Shown here: in pieces, positions 29,411-39,439 of the stretch
How positions within the stretch are numbered: position 1 is the first letter of the stretch
Layout: each line of letters opens with the position of its first letter
NCBI GenBank assembly: GCA_044340025.1
Contig: JBIIUJ010000001.1
Span: 6,726 to 70,725 of the forward strand
Direction of reading: 5' to 3'
DNA: 64,000 bases
Source of the DNA: Caulobacterales bacterium
Lineage (GTDB): Bacteria > Pseudomonadota > Alphaproteobacteria > Caulobacterales > Aquidulcibacteraceae
Made by a program: the position numbers and the translations under genes
The notes under the pieces: generated by a model
What the model was told of the DNA's origin: nothing
The model's database searches: none
Seen by the model: only the letters and a program-made list of their open reading frames with translations

Positions 29411-30571
29411 TCAATTCCGCTTGTCCAGCAGCACTGTGAAGAAGGGTGCGAGCGCCATCAGGGCAAGCGCGGTCATCAGCCCATCCGGCCCGCCGGCCTG
29501 AAGCGCCCCGCCTCCGATGACCGGCGCCATGAGCTGACCAAGACCATAACAGGCGGCGAACGCCGCATTCGCTCCCGCCAGCTCTCCGGCCGAAAACTTC
29601 TGCCCGATGCCGAGGAGTCCGAGCGTGTAGAAGGCCGTCACCGACCCTGACCAGAAAAAGATTGCTGCATAGGCCAAAGCGGGCGTCGGCGCGGCCGCCA
29701 GCAGAAACGGCCCGATAAGGCCGATGATGGAAACGCCGATCAGGACGGGCCGCCGTCCGATCTTGTCGGCGAGGAGACCAAGCGGCGCCTGCAGCGCCAC
29801 ATTGCCTGCCGCCGCCGCTGCGATCAGCAGGCCGGCGACGGTGTCTTCAAAACCGGTCCGGCGCGACCAGATCGGCAAAAGATTGAACAGCGCGGTTTCA
29901 ATCGCGCCCATGGCGATCGGCGGGATGAACAGCGTAGGGGCGGCAAGAACGCGCGCGATAAGCGCGCTGGGGCGTGCGGCTGCGCCCTCTGGCCTGGTCG
30001 CTGGGGGCGCGCGCAAGGCGAGGATGGGCAAGGCCAGGAGGCTTGTCCCGGCCGCCGCCAGCACCACTGGCCACCCTTCGTGGCCCAATCCCGCGATAAT
30101 CAGGCCGCCAACGCCGAATCCGCCGGCGAACGTGCCAGCATAGAGCCCGAGAAGCCGTCCGCGCAGATGGGCGGGCGTCAGCTCCAGCAGCCAGGCCTCC
30201 GACGCCACAAACAGCAGCGTCAGACTGGCCGCGAACAGAAACCGGATGGCGATCCAGGCGGCGGGCGCATCGCTGAGCCGATAGGCGAGGAACAGGCAGG
30301 CCGTGATGAGGAGGGCGCCCGCCAGGATCGCCTTGACCGGAAGCCGCGCCATCAGCCAGGGCACCGCCGGGGTGGCGATCAGGGCGGCGACCCCGGTCAC
30401 CGTCACAAAGAGCCCGATCAGGGTTTCGCCGACGCCACGATCATCCAGCGTCAGGGCAAACAAGGCGCCATTGACCCCAAAGCCGACGGCGGCCACGAAG
30501 CCGCACCCCAGAGCCGCCGCGATGCCTGCCCATGCAGGCGGCGCGGCGCGGGCTTCGGCGGGGCTGGTCAT
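29411..30571 (-). CDS. MFS transporter
   Basis: 386 aa with about 12 hydrophobic helices and MFS-like loop motifs. ATGA-type overlap with the upstream NUDIX gene. Confidence 0.85.
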   Translation of the reverse strand: MTSPAEARAAPPAWAGIAAALGCGFVAAVGFGVNGALFALTLDDRGVGETLIGLFVTVTGVAALIATPAVPWLMARLPVKAILAGALLITACLFLAYRLSDAPAAWIAIRFLFAASLTLLFVASEAWLLELTPAHLRGRLLGLYAGTFAGGFGVGGLIIAGLGHEGWPVVLAAAGTSLLALPILALRAPPATRPEGAAARPSALIARVLAAPTLFIPPIAMGAIETALFNLLPIWSRRTGFEDTVAGLLIAAAAAGNVALQAPLGLLADKIGRRPVLIGVSIIGLIGPFLLAAAPTPALAYAAIFFWSGSVTAFYTLGLLGIGQKFSAGELAGANAAFAACYGLGQLMAPVIGGGALQAGGPDGLMTALALMALAPFFTVLLDKRN

Positions 30572-31290
30572 AGCCGGTCCATTCTGTGGCCCTTGCGCGT
30601 CCAGCGCAGAAACGGCGGACCGACCCGCTCGCCCTCACGCGACAGGCGCTCGGCGATCTCGCCCAGCACAAAACGGGTGACGTTTGGCAGGTCGAGGGTC
30701 ATGGCGTCCTGCAATGCGAACCAGCGAAGGTCCTGAAGCTCTGCGCCATCGCGCGCGGGGCGCTCATCGAGAAGGCATGTCTCCGCCTCGGCCATGAAGA
30801 AGCGCGCGTCGAACCGCTTGGGCCGATAGGGCGGCGTAATGGCGCGCGCCACGAACTGGAGCGGGGCCAGATGCGGCAGGGCGCCGGAGCAGGCGAACGC
30901 GCCCCATGGGCCACGAACCGCGCCCGCATCCGGGTGGCGCACGCCGACGACGAGGCCTGTTTCTTCCCACATTTCCCGCACGGCGGCGAGCGCGAAGGCC
31001 CGTCCCGCCCGGCGCGCGCCGGCCTTCGACAGATCGTCGAGAACAGGCTGCGCCAATTCGCTCGCGGCCGGACCAAGCCGGTCCTGGCGATCCACCCGCC
31101 CCCCCGGAAAGACATATTTGTCGGGCATGAAGTCGTGCCCGCGCGAGCGTCGGCCCATCAGGACACGCACCCCCGGCCCATCGCGCCGGATCAGGATCAG
31201 GGTGGCGGCGTCGCGCGGGCGCGGCGCGCGCGCCGGACGGGTGGGGTCTTTGGGGTCGAAGGGCGCGTCATCGCGGTCTGGGGCGGCCAT
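30568..31290 (-). CDS. NUDIX hydrolase
   Basis: 240 aa with a Nudix box around ..AAVREMWEETGLVVG.. Confidence 0.8.
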   Translation of the reverse strand: MAAPDRDDAPFDPKDPTRPARAPRPRDAATLILIRRDGPGVRVLMGRRSRGHDFMPDKYVFPGGRVDRQDRLGPAASELAQPVLDDLSKAGARRAGRAFALAAVREMWEETGLVVGVRHPDAGAVRGPWGAFACSGALPHLAPLQFVARAITPPYRPKRFDARFFMAEAETCLLDERPARDGAELQDLRWFALQDAMTLDLPNVTRFVLGEIAERLSREGERVGPPFLRWTRKGHRMDRL

Positions 31291-31361
31291 GCCCGGGTTC
31301 TAGCCCGCCTGAGCCAGGCTCCGCCACCGGCGCTCCTGTGTTGACCGAATGCGGGGCTGGC

Positions 31362-32999
31362 TCAGCTTCCGCCGCGCTGCATGGTCGCCTTCTCGGGCTC
31401 GTCAGCCGACACGCTCGCCAGAAGCGCGCGCTCCACCGGCTGGTAGAGCGGCGCACGCCCCTGAGCCAGCGCCACCAGGCTAGGCGCGGGCTGGCCCAGA
31501 CGGCGGTGATAAAGCCAGAGGTTGCTCAGCACCTTCCCGGCATAAATGCGGCTTTCCCCGATCGGATAGCTTTCCAGAATCAAGAGGGGATCGTTCGGGC
31601 CGGTCCAGGTTGCGCGCCAGCGGGCGAAGGCATTGGGCCCGGAATTATAGGCCATGGCCGTTGCGATCAGGCAGCCGGCCGGCTCTGCGCCATTCAGCAG
31701 CTTCTCCAGATAGGCCTGTCCCAGCGCCATGTTCAGAGCAGGGTCAAACAGGAGCTGCGGCTGCTCGCGCAGGCGGGGATCATCCGCCATCCACGCCGCC
31801 GTAGACGGCATCAGTTGCATCAGCCCACGGGCGCCAGCGCGGCTGACGGCGCGCGCATCAAACCGGCTTTCCTGGCGGATGATGGCGAAGATCAGCGCGC
31901 GATCCAGCCGGAAGCCGCCGTGCGGCTGGTGTCCTGGCAGCGGAAAGGCGCCTGCCAGGGCTGTGTCTCCGCCGCGCTCGGCGATCCGTTGCTGTGCGCC
32001 GGTGAGGGCCAGGGCCTCCGCAAGACCCAGGAACGCCAGATCCTCGTCTGGTCGGCCCCCGGCCCAGGCGCGCAACAAGGCTGCGTCCGCATCGCCCTGC
32101 CTGCCGATCTGGGCGAGCGCGGCTGCGCGTCTGGCCATGGGCCGGCGCCGCGCAAGCTCTTCGCCCATCATGGTCAGCGTGGCCGGCGCCGGCAGACTGA
32201 CCGGGGTCGGAAGGCCAAGGCGCTCACGTGCGAGCAGGCCGTAAAAGGTGAAGGGCTCCTCGCCCGCGCGGCGGTAATTGGTCTGGGCGCGATCGGCCTC
32301 GCCCATGGCGTCAGCGGCCCGGGCCGCCCAGAAGTAATGCGCTGCACGCTGCCAGTCATCGCCGTGGGGCCAGTAGGCGCCTTGTTCGAAATGGTCGGCG
32401 GCGACCGCATAAAGCCCTTGGCGGTATGCGGCGAGCCCGGCTGTCCATCGGGCATGGCCCGCAAGGCCGCCGGCGATCTCGGCTTCGGCCAAACCCTGTG
32501 CGGAGGCGAGCTCGCCGCGAAGATAAGCCAGTGCAGCGGCGCGCACGCGGTCGCGCTCCGCTTGAGTCGTGCCGGGGGCCGCAGCGTTTGGGCGATGCTG
32601 GGCGCGCCATGGCGAAGGCTCGACCCTGCGTTGCGGCACGGCTTGCGGCGCGCGCGGCGCCGGGGCGTCTGCTGGCTTCAGGGCCAGCGCGGTCTGGTAG
32701 ATCCGGTCGGCGCCGGGCAAGTCTGAAAAGCGGTTGAGCCAATCAGCCAGCGCCGCATAGTCCGGCGTCTGCCCCTGGGCGGCCAACGCCTCGCGCAGGA
32801 CAAACCCCTCCAGCGCTTTGTCCTCAATTGTGGCCAGCGCTGCTTCCCGCGCCGCGACATCGCCGCGTTCGGCCGCAGCAAACGCCGCCGCATAGGCCGC
32901 CGCGTCGCGCTCCGAGAGCGGCGTCAGAGCGTCTGCGCGCGCCACCGGCGCGAACGACAGCGCCGCAAGACAGAAAATCAGGCTGATGATCCGCGCCAT
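31362..32999 (-). CDS. Lytic transglycosylase (SLT domain) with signal peptide
   Basis: 545 aa. N-terminal signal MARIISLIFCLAALSFAPVARA and SLT motif IIRQESRFDARAVSRAGARGLMQLMP. Confidence 0.85.
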   Translation of the reverse strand: MARIISLIFCLAALSFAPVARADALTPLSERDAAAYAAAFAAAERGDVAAREAALATIEDKALEGFVLREALAAQGQTPDYAALADWLNRFSDLPGADRIYQTALALKPADAPAPRAPQAVPQRRVEPSPWRAQHRPNAAAPGTTQAERDRVRAAALAYLRGELASAQGLAEAEIAGGLAGHARWTAGLAAYRQGLYAVAADHFEQGAYWPHGDDWQRAAHYFWAARAADAMGEADRAQTNYRRAGEEPFTFYGLLARERLGLPTPVSLPAPATLTMMGEELARRRPMARRAAALAQIGRQGDADAALLRAWAGGRPDEDLAFLGLAEALALTGAQQRIAERGGDTALAGAFPLPGHQPHGGFRLDRALIFAIIRQESRFDARAVSRAGARGLMQLMPSTAAWMADDPRLREQPQLLFDPALNMALGQAYLEKLLNGAEPAGCLIATAMAYNSGPNAFARWRATWTGPNDPLLILESYPIGESRIYAGKVLSNLWLYHRRLGQPAPSLVALAQGRAPLYQPVERALLASVSADEPEKATMQRGGS

Positions 33000-33019
33000 C
33001 TGGCGTCCTTAAACGGGGC

Positions 33020-33043
33020 GGTGCGCCGCAAAAGCGGCGCGCC
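33020..33043 (-). terminator. Strong hairpin downstream of the UDG gene (possible terminator)
   Basis: GGTGCGCCGC-AAAA-GCGGCGCGCC. The stem is 10 bp (one G.U pair), with only a weak T-tract on the minus strand. Confidence 0.3.
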
Positions 33044-33107
33044 TGTCTCGGTCAGGCCGACCCGATGGTCGACAAGTGCGTAGCTCAATCGGGTGCGCGA
33101 TCTTCGC

Positions 33108-33890
33108 CTAAAGAGCAACCCCAAGCTCGATCAATTTCTCCTCCAAGGCGAGGAGATCAGACCAGAAGGCCGCTTTCTGGGCCGGTTGGCGCAAGAGGAA
33201 GGCGGGATGCAGTGTCGCGATCGCTGGAACCCCGCCCCCGATCGGCAGTTGAGTCCACCGTCCGCGCAGCCGGGTGATGCCGTCGCTCACGCCCAGCAGC
33301 GATTGCGCGGAGATGCGGCCGGTCAGCACCACCACCTTCGGCTGCGCCAGTGCGATCTGGCGACGGATGAAAGGCAGACATGCTGCGATTTCAGCCGCGC
33401 TTGGATCGCGATTGCCGGGCGGACGCCAGGCGATGACATTGGCGATGTAAAGATTGCGCGCCCGCGCGAGCCCGATCTGGGCGACCATGCGGTCCAGCAG
33501 CTGACCCGACCGGCCGACAAAGGGTTTGCCCTGGTCGTCTTCGTCGCGTCCTGGCGCTTCGCCCACAATCATCACCGGCGCTCCGGCCGTACCGTCTGAG
33601 AAGACGGTTGATTTCGCTGTCCGCTTCAGGGCGCATCCTTCAAACGCCCGCAGCGCCGCTTCCAGGTCCTCAAGGGTCGCCGCATTGGCCGCAGCCGCCT
33701 CAGCGGACTGGGCCGCCGCTGCAGCTGGCGGAGCCGCCGCCGCCGGCCTAGCAAGCGCTGGTGCCGGAAGACCAGCCGCCGCCGTCCTTGGGCGCGGGGA
33801 AGGGGCGGGCTCGGCCTCCACGCCGGCAAGCGCCCACCACTCCAGCAGGCTTTCGAGCGCGCGTGCGCGGATGTCGGCGTCTGGCGTCAT
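33108..33890 (-). CDS. Uracil-DNA glycosylase, family 4
   Basis: ORF 33108..33989, with the start at ATG 33890. Motif GEAPGRDEDDQGKPFVGRSGQLLD. Ala/Pro-rich N-terminal extension. Confidence 0.85.
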   Translation of the reverse strand: MTPDADIRARALESLLEWWALAGVEAEPAPSPRPRTAAAGLPAPALARPAAAAPPAAAAAQSAEAAAANAATLEDLEAALRAFEGCALKRTAKSTVFSDGTAGAPVMIVGEAPGRDEDDQGKPFVGRSGQLLDRMVAQIGLARARNLYIANVIAWRPPGNRDPSAAEIAACLPFIRRQIALAQPKVVVLTGRISAQSLLGVSDGITRLRGRWTQLPIGGGVPAIATLHPAFLLRQPAQKAAFWSDLLALEEKLIELGVAL

Positions 33891-34042
33891 CGAGACCGCG
33901 TGTAACGCGAAATCGACGCGGCCGCGCGCGCTCTTTTCAGGCTCTCGCCTTGACCAAGCCGGGCGCGCGGGAGAGATCAGCCCCAACACAAACCACGATT
34001 GCCGGCGCCAAACAGGCGTCTGGATGCTCAGGAGGCTCTGCC

Positions 34043-35707
34043 ATGCCGTTTGACGGCGTTGAACACGAAAGCATGGAATATGATGTCGTGATCGTCGGCG
34101 GCGGGCCTGCCGGCCTTGCAGCCGCCATCCGCCTGAAGCAGGTCAATCCGGATCTGTCGGTCGCCTTGCTGGAAAAGGGTTCCGAGGTTGGCGCCCATAT
34201 CCTGTCTGGCGCGGTGATCGATCCCAAGGCTCTCGATGAGCTGCTGCCGGAGTGGCGCACAGCGGCAGACCGCCCTTTGACGACCGAAGTGTCAAAGGAG
34301 GAGTATCTCCTGCTGGGGCCGGCGGGCGCAATCACGATCCCGAACATGATTTTCCCGCCATGGATGAATAACCACGGCTGTTTTGTCGGTTCTCTCGGCA
34401 ATGTCTGCCGCTGGCTTGGCGCTCAGGCCGAAGCCCTGGGCGTGGAAGTGTATCCCGGCTTTGCGGCGGCGGCCGTGGTTTATGACGAGACAGGCGCCGT
34501 CAAGGGCGTCCAGGTCGGCGATATGGGCGTCAACCGGGAGGGCGAAGCCAAGGCCGACTTTACGCCGGGAATAGAGATCCACGCCAAATACACCCTGATC
34601 GGGGAAGGCGTGCGCGGATCCCTCGCCAAGTCTCTGATCGGCAAGTTTGGTCTCGACGAGGGGCGCGAGCCGCAGAAGTTCGGCATTGGCCTGAAGGAAG
34701 TCTGGCGCGTTGCGCCTGAAAAGTTCAAACCCGGCTTCGTGCAGCACAGCTTTGGCTGGCCGCTCGACTGGAAGACCGGCGGCGGGTCGTTCCTTTACCA
34801 TTTTGGCGACGGGCTGGTCTCCGTCGGCTATGTGGTCCACCTGAACTACAAGAACCCGTATCTGTCGCCGTTCGACGAGTTTCAGCGCTTCAAGCAGCAT
34901 CACACCGTGCGCGACACGTTCGAGGGCGGGGAGCGGCTGTCCTATGGTGCGCGCGCGATCACCGAGGGGGGCTATCAGTCGATCCCGAAACTGACGTTCC
35001 CGGGCGGCGCGCTGATCGGCTGCTCTGCCGGGTTTGTGAACGTGCCGCGCATCAAGGGCAGCCACAATGCGATGAAGAGCGGCATGCTCGCCGCCGAGGC
35101 GGTGGCCGCCGCCATCGCCGAGGGACGAACCCGCGACACGGTGGAGGCCTATTCGGACGCGTTTGAAGACAGCTGGGTCGCTCACGAATTGCGCCAGGTG
35201 CGCAATGTGAAGCCGCTGCTTTCAAGGCACGGCACGCTTCTGGGGCTGGCCCTTGGCGGGATCGATATGTGGTGCACCACGCTGTTTGGCGGTTGGTCGC
35301 CGTTCGGCACCCAGCGCCACGGCAAGACCGACGCCGCCAGCACCCAGCCCGCCGCGTCGCACAAGCCGATCGACTATCCCAAGCCCGACGGCGTGGTGAG
35401 CTTCGACAAGCTCTCCTCGGTCTTTCTGTCGAACACCAATCATGAAGAAGACCAGCCGGTTCACCTGAAGGTGGCCGACCTGGCGCTGCAGAAATCAAGC
35501 GAACTGGGCGTCTATGCCGGCCCGTCCAACCGGTATTGCCCGGCGGGCGTTTATGAGTGGCTCGGCGATACCGATGCGGACCGGCGGTTCCAGATCAACG
35601 CGCAGAACTGCGTCCACTGCAAAACCTGCGACATCAAGGACCCCAATCAGAACATCAACTGGACGACGCCGCAGGGCGGCGAGGGGCCAATCTATCAGAA
35701 CATGTAG
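34043..35707 (+). CDS. Electron transfer flavoprotein-ubiquinone oxidoreductase
   Basis: ATG 34043 after an AGGAGG SD. FAD motif VVIVGGGPAGLAAA and C-terminal 4Fe-4S motif CVHCKTCDIKDP. Confidence 0.95.
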   Translation: MPFDGVEHESMEYDVVIVGGGPAGLAAAIRLKQVNPDLSVALLEKGSEVGAHILSGAVIDPKALDELLPEWRTAADRPLTTEVSKEEYLLLGPAGAITIPNMIFPPWMNNHGCFVGSLGNVCRWLGAQAEALGVEVYPGFAAAAVVYDETGAVKGVQVGDMGVNREGEAKADFTPGIEIHAKYTLIGEGVRGSLAKSLIGKFGLDEGREPQKFGIGLKEVWRVAPEKFKPGFVQHSFGWPLDWKTGGGSFLYHFGDGLVSVGYVVHLNYKNPYLSPFDEFQRFKQHHTVRDTFEGGERLSYGARAITEGGYQSIPKLTFPGGALIGCSAGFVNVPRIKGSHNAMKSGMLAAEAVAAAIAEGRTRDTVEAYSDAFEDSWVAHELRQVRNVKPLLSRHGTLLGLALGGIDMWCTTLFGGWSPFGTQRHGKTDAASTQPAASHKPIDYPKPDGVVSFDKLSSVFLSNTNHEEDQPVHLKVADLALQKSSELGVYAGPSNRYCPAGVYEWLGDTDADRRFQINAQNCVHCKTCDIKDPNQNINWTTPQGGEGPIYQNM

Positions 35708-35764
35708 TCCGGCGGGTCGGCATGCCCGGCTTGGCAGGCCGGCGCGCCCGTGAAAAGGTCTGAT

Positions 35765-37495
35765 ATGCGTCGCCTCGCTGGTCTTTGCCTCCTCGCCGTC
35801 CTCCCGCTCGGGCTGGCCTCCTGCGCAAGCCTGGCCGAGCCCGCAGCCCCGCCTGACCCGGCGGCGGCCCAGGCCGCGCTCTGGCGCGCCGCGGTGGCAG
35901 GCCGCTATGCCGAGCGGCTGCAGGAGCCGGGCAGGGGCGCAGTCTATTACGAGCGGGCGCTTGTCGCGTTCCCTGAGCGCGAGGCGCTTCGCGGCCGTGC
36001 GATCGAAGAGCGCGTCGCCAATGGCGATGTGGAGGCCGCGGCGGCTTTGGCGCGCGGCGTTTCAGGCCGGCCTGAAGGATTGGCTGCGCTGGCGCTGGCG
36101 GCCGATTTCGCGGCGCGTGGCGACTGGGCGAAGGCCCGTGCGCTCACAGAGGGCCGTCGCTTCGGGCAGGCGGCCGATATCGCCGCCCGGTTCAGCGAGG
36201 CCTGGTCGTTTGCAGCTCAAGGCAAGCCAGCCGAGGCCGCCGCGACCGCGGCGGCCGTGTCGCCCGGCTTGCCCGTGCTGCGCCGGATCGTGCGGGTGCA
36301 GGAGGCGGGCTTGCTGGCCGCGCTTGGCCGCACCGAAAGCGCAGAGGCCCTTTATGCGCGGACCTGGGCGGAGGGCGCGCGCTTCGCGGTGGGTCTGGAT
36401 GCCTATGGCGCTCTTCTGGAGCGCAGCGGCGCGCGTGAACGCGCGCTCGCGCTCTACGATAGCTTTCTTGCAGAACAGCCGGATAACCCCACAATAAATG
36501 AAGCCCGCTCGCGATATCTCTCAGGTCGTCAACCGCCGCCTGTGACGCCGGCCCAGGGCCTGGCCCGCGTCTATTTCGCCCTCGGCTCAGCCATCGCGGC
36601 ACAGGGCGACGCCAGCGATGCTGTGGCCTATCTGCAGATGGCGTTGCGACTGGACCCAGAATTTCTTGCCGCGCGCGCCGCTCTTGGGGATGCGCTCGCA
36701 ATGAGCGGCCGGCAGCGTGATGCGCTGGCGATCTATGCTGGCGTGCCCGCCAAATCGCCTTATGCCGCGATGACGCGGGCGGATATGGCCTATCTGTTGC
36801 AGCAGCAGGGCCGCGCGGGCGCCGCGATCGACATGCTTGATGCCGCCTATGCCGCCACGGGCGCGCGGCGGGTCTTGCTCGCCAAGGGCGACGTCTTGCG
36901 GGCAGAACGCCGATACGCCGAAGCGGAAGCGGTGTTTGATCAGGCGATGCAGACAGGCGGCGCACAGGAAGCGCGCGCGGACTGGCGTCTCTATTTCGCG
37001 CGTGGCGCTCTGCGCGAACGCACGGGACGCTGGCAGGAGGCCGAAGCCGATCTGAAGCGCGCTCTGGAGCTCTCGCCCGATCAGCCCGACGTCGCCAACT
37101 ATCTCGCCTACACCTGGGTGGAAATGGGCGTGAATGTCGATCAGGCGCTCGAAATGCTGCGCAAAGCCGTGGCCCAGCGTCCCCGCTCTGGTCCCATCAT
37201 CGACAGCCTCGGCTGGGCGCTGTTCAAGCTCGGCCGATACGAGGAGGCGCTCGTCTATCTCGAGCGGGCCATTGCCCTTTCGCCGGGCGATGTGGAGATC
37301 AACGACCACTTGGGCGACCTCTATTGGCGGCTCGGCCGGGAGCGGGAGGCGCGGTTTCAGTGGGCGCGCGCGCTGACGCTGGATCCGCCCGATGACGACC
37401 GCGCCCTGATCCGCCAGAAGCTTGAACAGGGCCTTCCGCCGAAAGCGCCCCCCACCTCGGCTCACGCCCATGTCGCCCAATCCGCCGGGCGCTGA
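35765..37495 (+). CDS. TPR-repeat lipoprotein
   Basis: ATG 35765, lipobox LGLASC, and multiple TPR-like repeats through the C-terminus. It overlaps the ispE start, an arrangement common in alphaproteobacteria. Confidence 0.8.
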   Translation: MRRLAGLCLLAVLPLGLASCASLAEPAAPPDPAAAQAALWRAAVAGRYAERLQEPGRGAVYYERALVAFPEREALRGRAIEERVANGDVEAAAALARGVSGRPEGLAALALAADFAARGDWAKARALTEGRRFGQAADIAARFSEAWSFAAQGKPAEAAATAAAVSPGLPVLRRIVRVQEAGLLAALGRTESAEALYARTWAEGARFAVGLDAYGALLERSGARERALALYDSFLAEQPDNPTINEARSRYLSGRQPPPVTPAQGLARVYFALGSAIAAQGDASDAVAYLQMALRLDPEFLAARAALGDALAMSGRQRDALAIYAGVPAKSPYAAMTRADMAYLLQQQGRAGAAIDMLDAAYAATGARRVLLAKGDVLRAERRYAEAEAVFDQAMQTGGAQEARADWRLYFARGALRERTGRWQEAEADLKRALELSPDQPDVANYLAYTWVEMGVNVDQALEMLRKAVAQRPRSGPIIDSLGWALFKLGRYEEALVYLERAIALSPGDVEINDHLGDLYWRLGREREARFQWARALTLDPPDDDRALIRQKLEQGLPPKAPPTSAHAHVAQSAGR

Positions 37496-38372
37496 AGAGC
37501 GCGCCCCAGCAAAGATCAATCTCTACCTTCATGTCGGGCCGCCGCAGGCGGACGGACGCCATCCGCTCGATAGTCTGGTGGTGTTTGCCGATGTGGGCGA
37601 TGTGCTGGCCTGGGCCCCGGATGAAGACTTCGGGTTCGAGATCATGGGTCCACAGGCGGCGGGCCTCAGCGCGGGCGATGATAATCTGGTGGTTCGCGCC
37701 GCACGCTTGCTGTCCCAGCAGCTTGGGCGCCCGCTGACGGGCAGATTGACGCTGCGCAAGCATCTGCCGGTGGCCTCCGGGATCGGGGGGGGCTCGGCCG
37801 ATGCAGGGGCGGCGTTGCGCTTGCTGGATCGGGTCTGGAAGGCGGGCGTGCCGCTGCAAGAACTCGCGCGCCTGTCTGAGCCTCTTGGCGGCGATGTGCC
37901 GGTCTGCGTGATGGGCGTGCCGGCGATCATGCAGGGCGGCGGCGAACGATTGCTGCCCGCGCCTCTTTTGCCTGATCTCAACGCGGTGCTGGTCAATCCG
38001 CTGATTCCCGCGCCGACAGGCCCGGTCTTTCAGGCCTATGATGGGCTCGGCGTCGCGCCCGAGCTTGTGTTGCGCGCCTTTCCACAGTGTGGGTCGTCGA
38101 TGTCTGCCATTCAGGCTCTCAAGAGCCGCCGCAATGATCTGGAGGCCGCCGCGCGCTCGCTCGTGCCGGTGATCGGGGAGGTGCTGGAGGTCTTGCGCGC
38201 GCAGGCAGGCGTGCGACTGGCGCGGATGTCGGGCTCGGGGGCGACCTGCTTTGCGGTGTTTGAGACAGCGCTCGCAGCGCGCGCGGCCGCCAACGTCATC
38301 AGCGCCGCGCACCCTGCATGGTGGACGGTGGCGACGCGGCTGATGGGTCACAGCGGGCTGGGGCGGCGATGA
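37470..38372 (+). CDS. ispE: 4-(cytidine 5'-diphospho)-2-C-methyl-D-erythritol kinase
   Basis: ATG 37470. N-terminal motif APAKINLYLHV and GHMP-kinase motif PVASGIGGGSADAGA. Confidence 0.9.
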   Translation: MSPNPPGAEERAPAKINLYLHVGPPQADGRHPLDSLVVFADVGDVLAWAPDEDFGFEIMGPQAAGLSAGDDNLVVRAARLLSQQLGRPLTGRLTLRKHLPVASGIGGGSADAGAALRLLDRVWKAGVPLQELARLSEPLGGDVPVCVMGVPAIMQGGGERLLPAPLLPDLNAVLVNPLIPAPTGPVFQAYDGLGVAPELVLRAFPQCGSSMSAIQALKSRRNDLEAAARSLVPVIGEVLEVLRAQAGVRLARMSGSGATCFAVFETALAARAAANVISAAHPAWWTVATRLMGHSGLGRR

Positions 38373-39439
38373 GCGCCGGTGTGATCGCGCTCGGCGCGGC
38401 GATCCTTGCGATGGGCGTGCTTTCCGCCTGGCTTGCTGGTCGGCTGGCCAGGGCGGCTGGCGTCGCTGATGCGCCAGATGGCGGGCACAAGGCCCATCTC
38501 CGCCCCGTGCCGACGCTGGGCGGTCTGGCCATGGCGCTGGGCTTTGGGCTTTCGCTCTCGGGCTTGCTGCTGCTGCAGGGCTTCACCGAGGGCTGGCGCC
38601 TGCCGCCGGGGGCTCTGCGCGACCTTGTCGGGGTTGTCGGGCTCTGTGCGGGCCTGTTGGCGCTTGGACTTCTGGATGATCTGTTCGACCTGCCAGCCAA
38701 GTTCAAGGCGGCCATGATCGCCGCGCTTGGTCTCGCATTCGCCAGCCTGTTTGCAACCGTTGACCGGCTGCCGCTCACATCCGAAATCGGCCTTCAGCTG
38801 AATGGCTTCGGCGCCATCGTCGGCACGGCGCTGTGGATTTTCGTCCTGTCCAACACCGTCAATTTCATCGATGGGTCGGATGGTCTGGCGGCAGGCGCCA
38901 CTGGGGTCGGGCTGGTCGGCCTTGCGGTGGTGGCCGGCATGGCCGGCAGCGCTGCCGCACTGATGCTGGCGCTTGCGGGAGTTTCGGCCTGCCTTGGCTT
39001 TCTCGCCCTCAATCGACCTCCCGCCAGCCTCTATGCAGGCGATGCCGGCGCGCTTTTTCTGGGCGGTCTGGCCGCCGGCGCGGCCATCCTGGCGGTGAAG
39101 GACGGCGCGGCGCCCTACGCTGTCGCGCTGTGCTTTCTGCCGATGCTGGCGGACGTGTTGCTGACGCTTTTCTTCCGCTGGCGAAAGCGCCGCGCGCTTC
39201 TGTCCGGCCACCGCGAGCATCACTATCAGATCGCCCGCCGGGCAGGGGTGTCAGCCGGCATGGTGGCGGCGGGTTATGCCGCGCTTGCCGCGCATTGTGC
39301 GCTGTGTGCGGCGGCGGGCAGCCTGTTTGGACCCGCCGGCGCTCTTGTCGCCCTGATCGGAAATTCCCTGGTCCTGGTCTATGTCTCGATCAAGACGCGC
39401 GCTTACGCCGCTGGCGTGGGGCTCGACACCCCGGTCTGA
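38369..39439 (+). CDS. Glycosyltransferase family 4 (MraY/WecA-like polyprenyl-phosphate sugar-1-phosphate transferase)
   Basis: ATG 38369 overlaps the ispE stop (ATGA). Multiple TM helices and the motif NTVNFIDGSDGLAAG. Confidence 0.85.
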   Translation: MSAGVIALGAAILAMGVLSAWLAGRLARAAGVADAPDGGHKAHLRPVPTLGGLAMALGFGLSLSGLLLLQGFTEGWRLPPGALRDLVGVVGLCAGLLALGLLDDLFDLPAKFKAAMIAALGLAFASLFATVDRLPLTSEIGLQLNGFGAIVGTALWIFVLSNTVNFIDGSDGLAAGATGVGLVGLAVVAGMAGSAAALMLALAGVSACLGFLALNRPPASLYAGDAGALFLGGLAAGAAILAVKDGAAPYAVALCFLPMLADVLLTLFFRWRKRRALLSGHREHHYQIARRAGVSAGMVAAGYAALAAHCALCAAAGSLFGPAGALVALIGNSLVLVYVSIKTRAYAAGVGLDTPV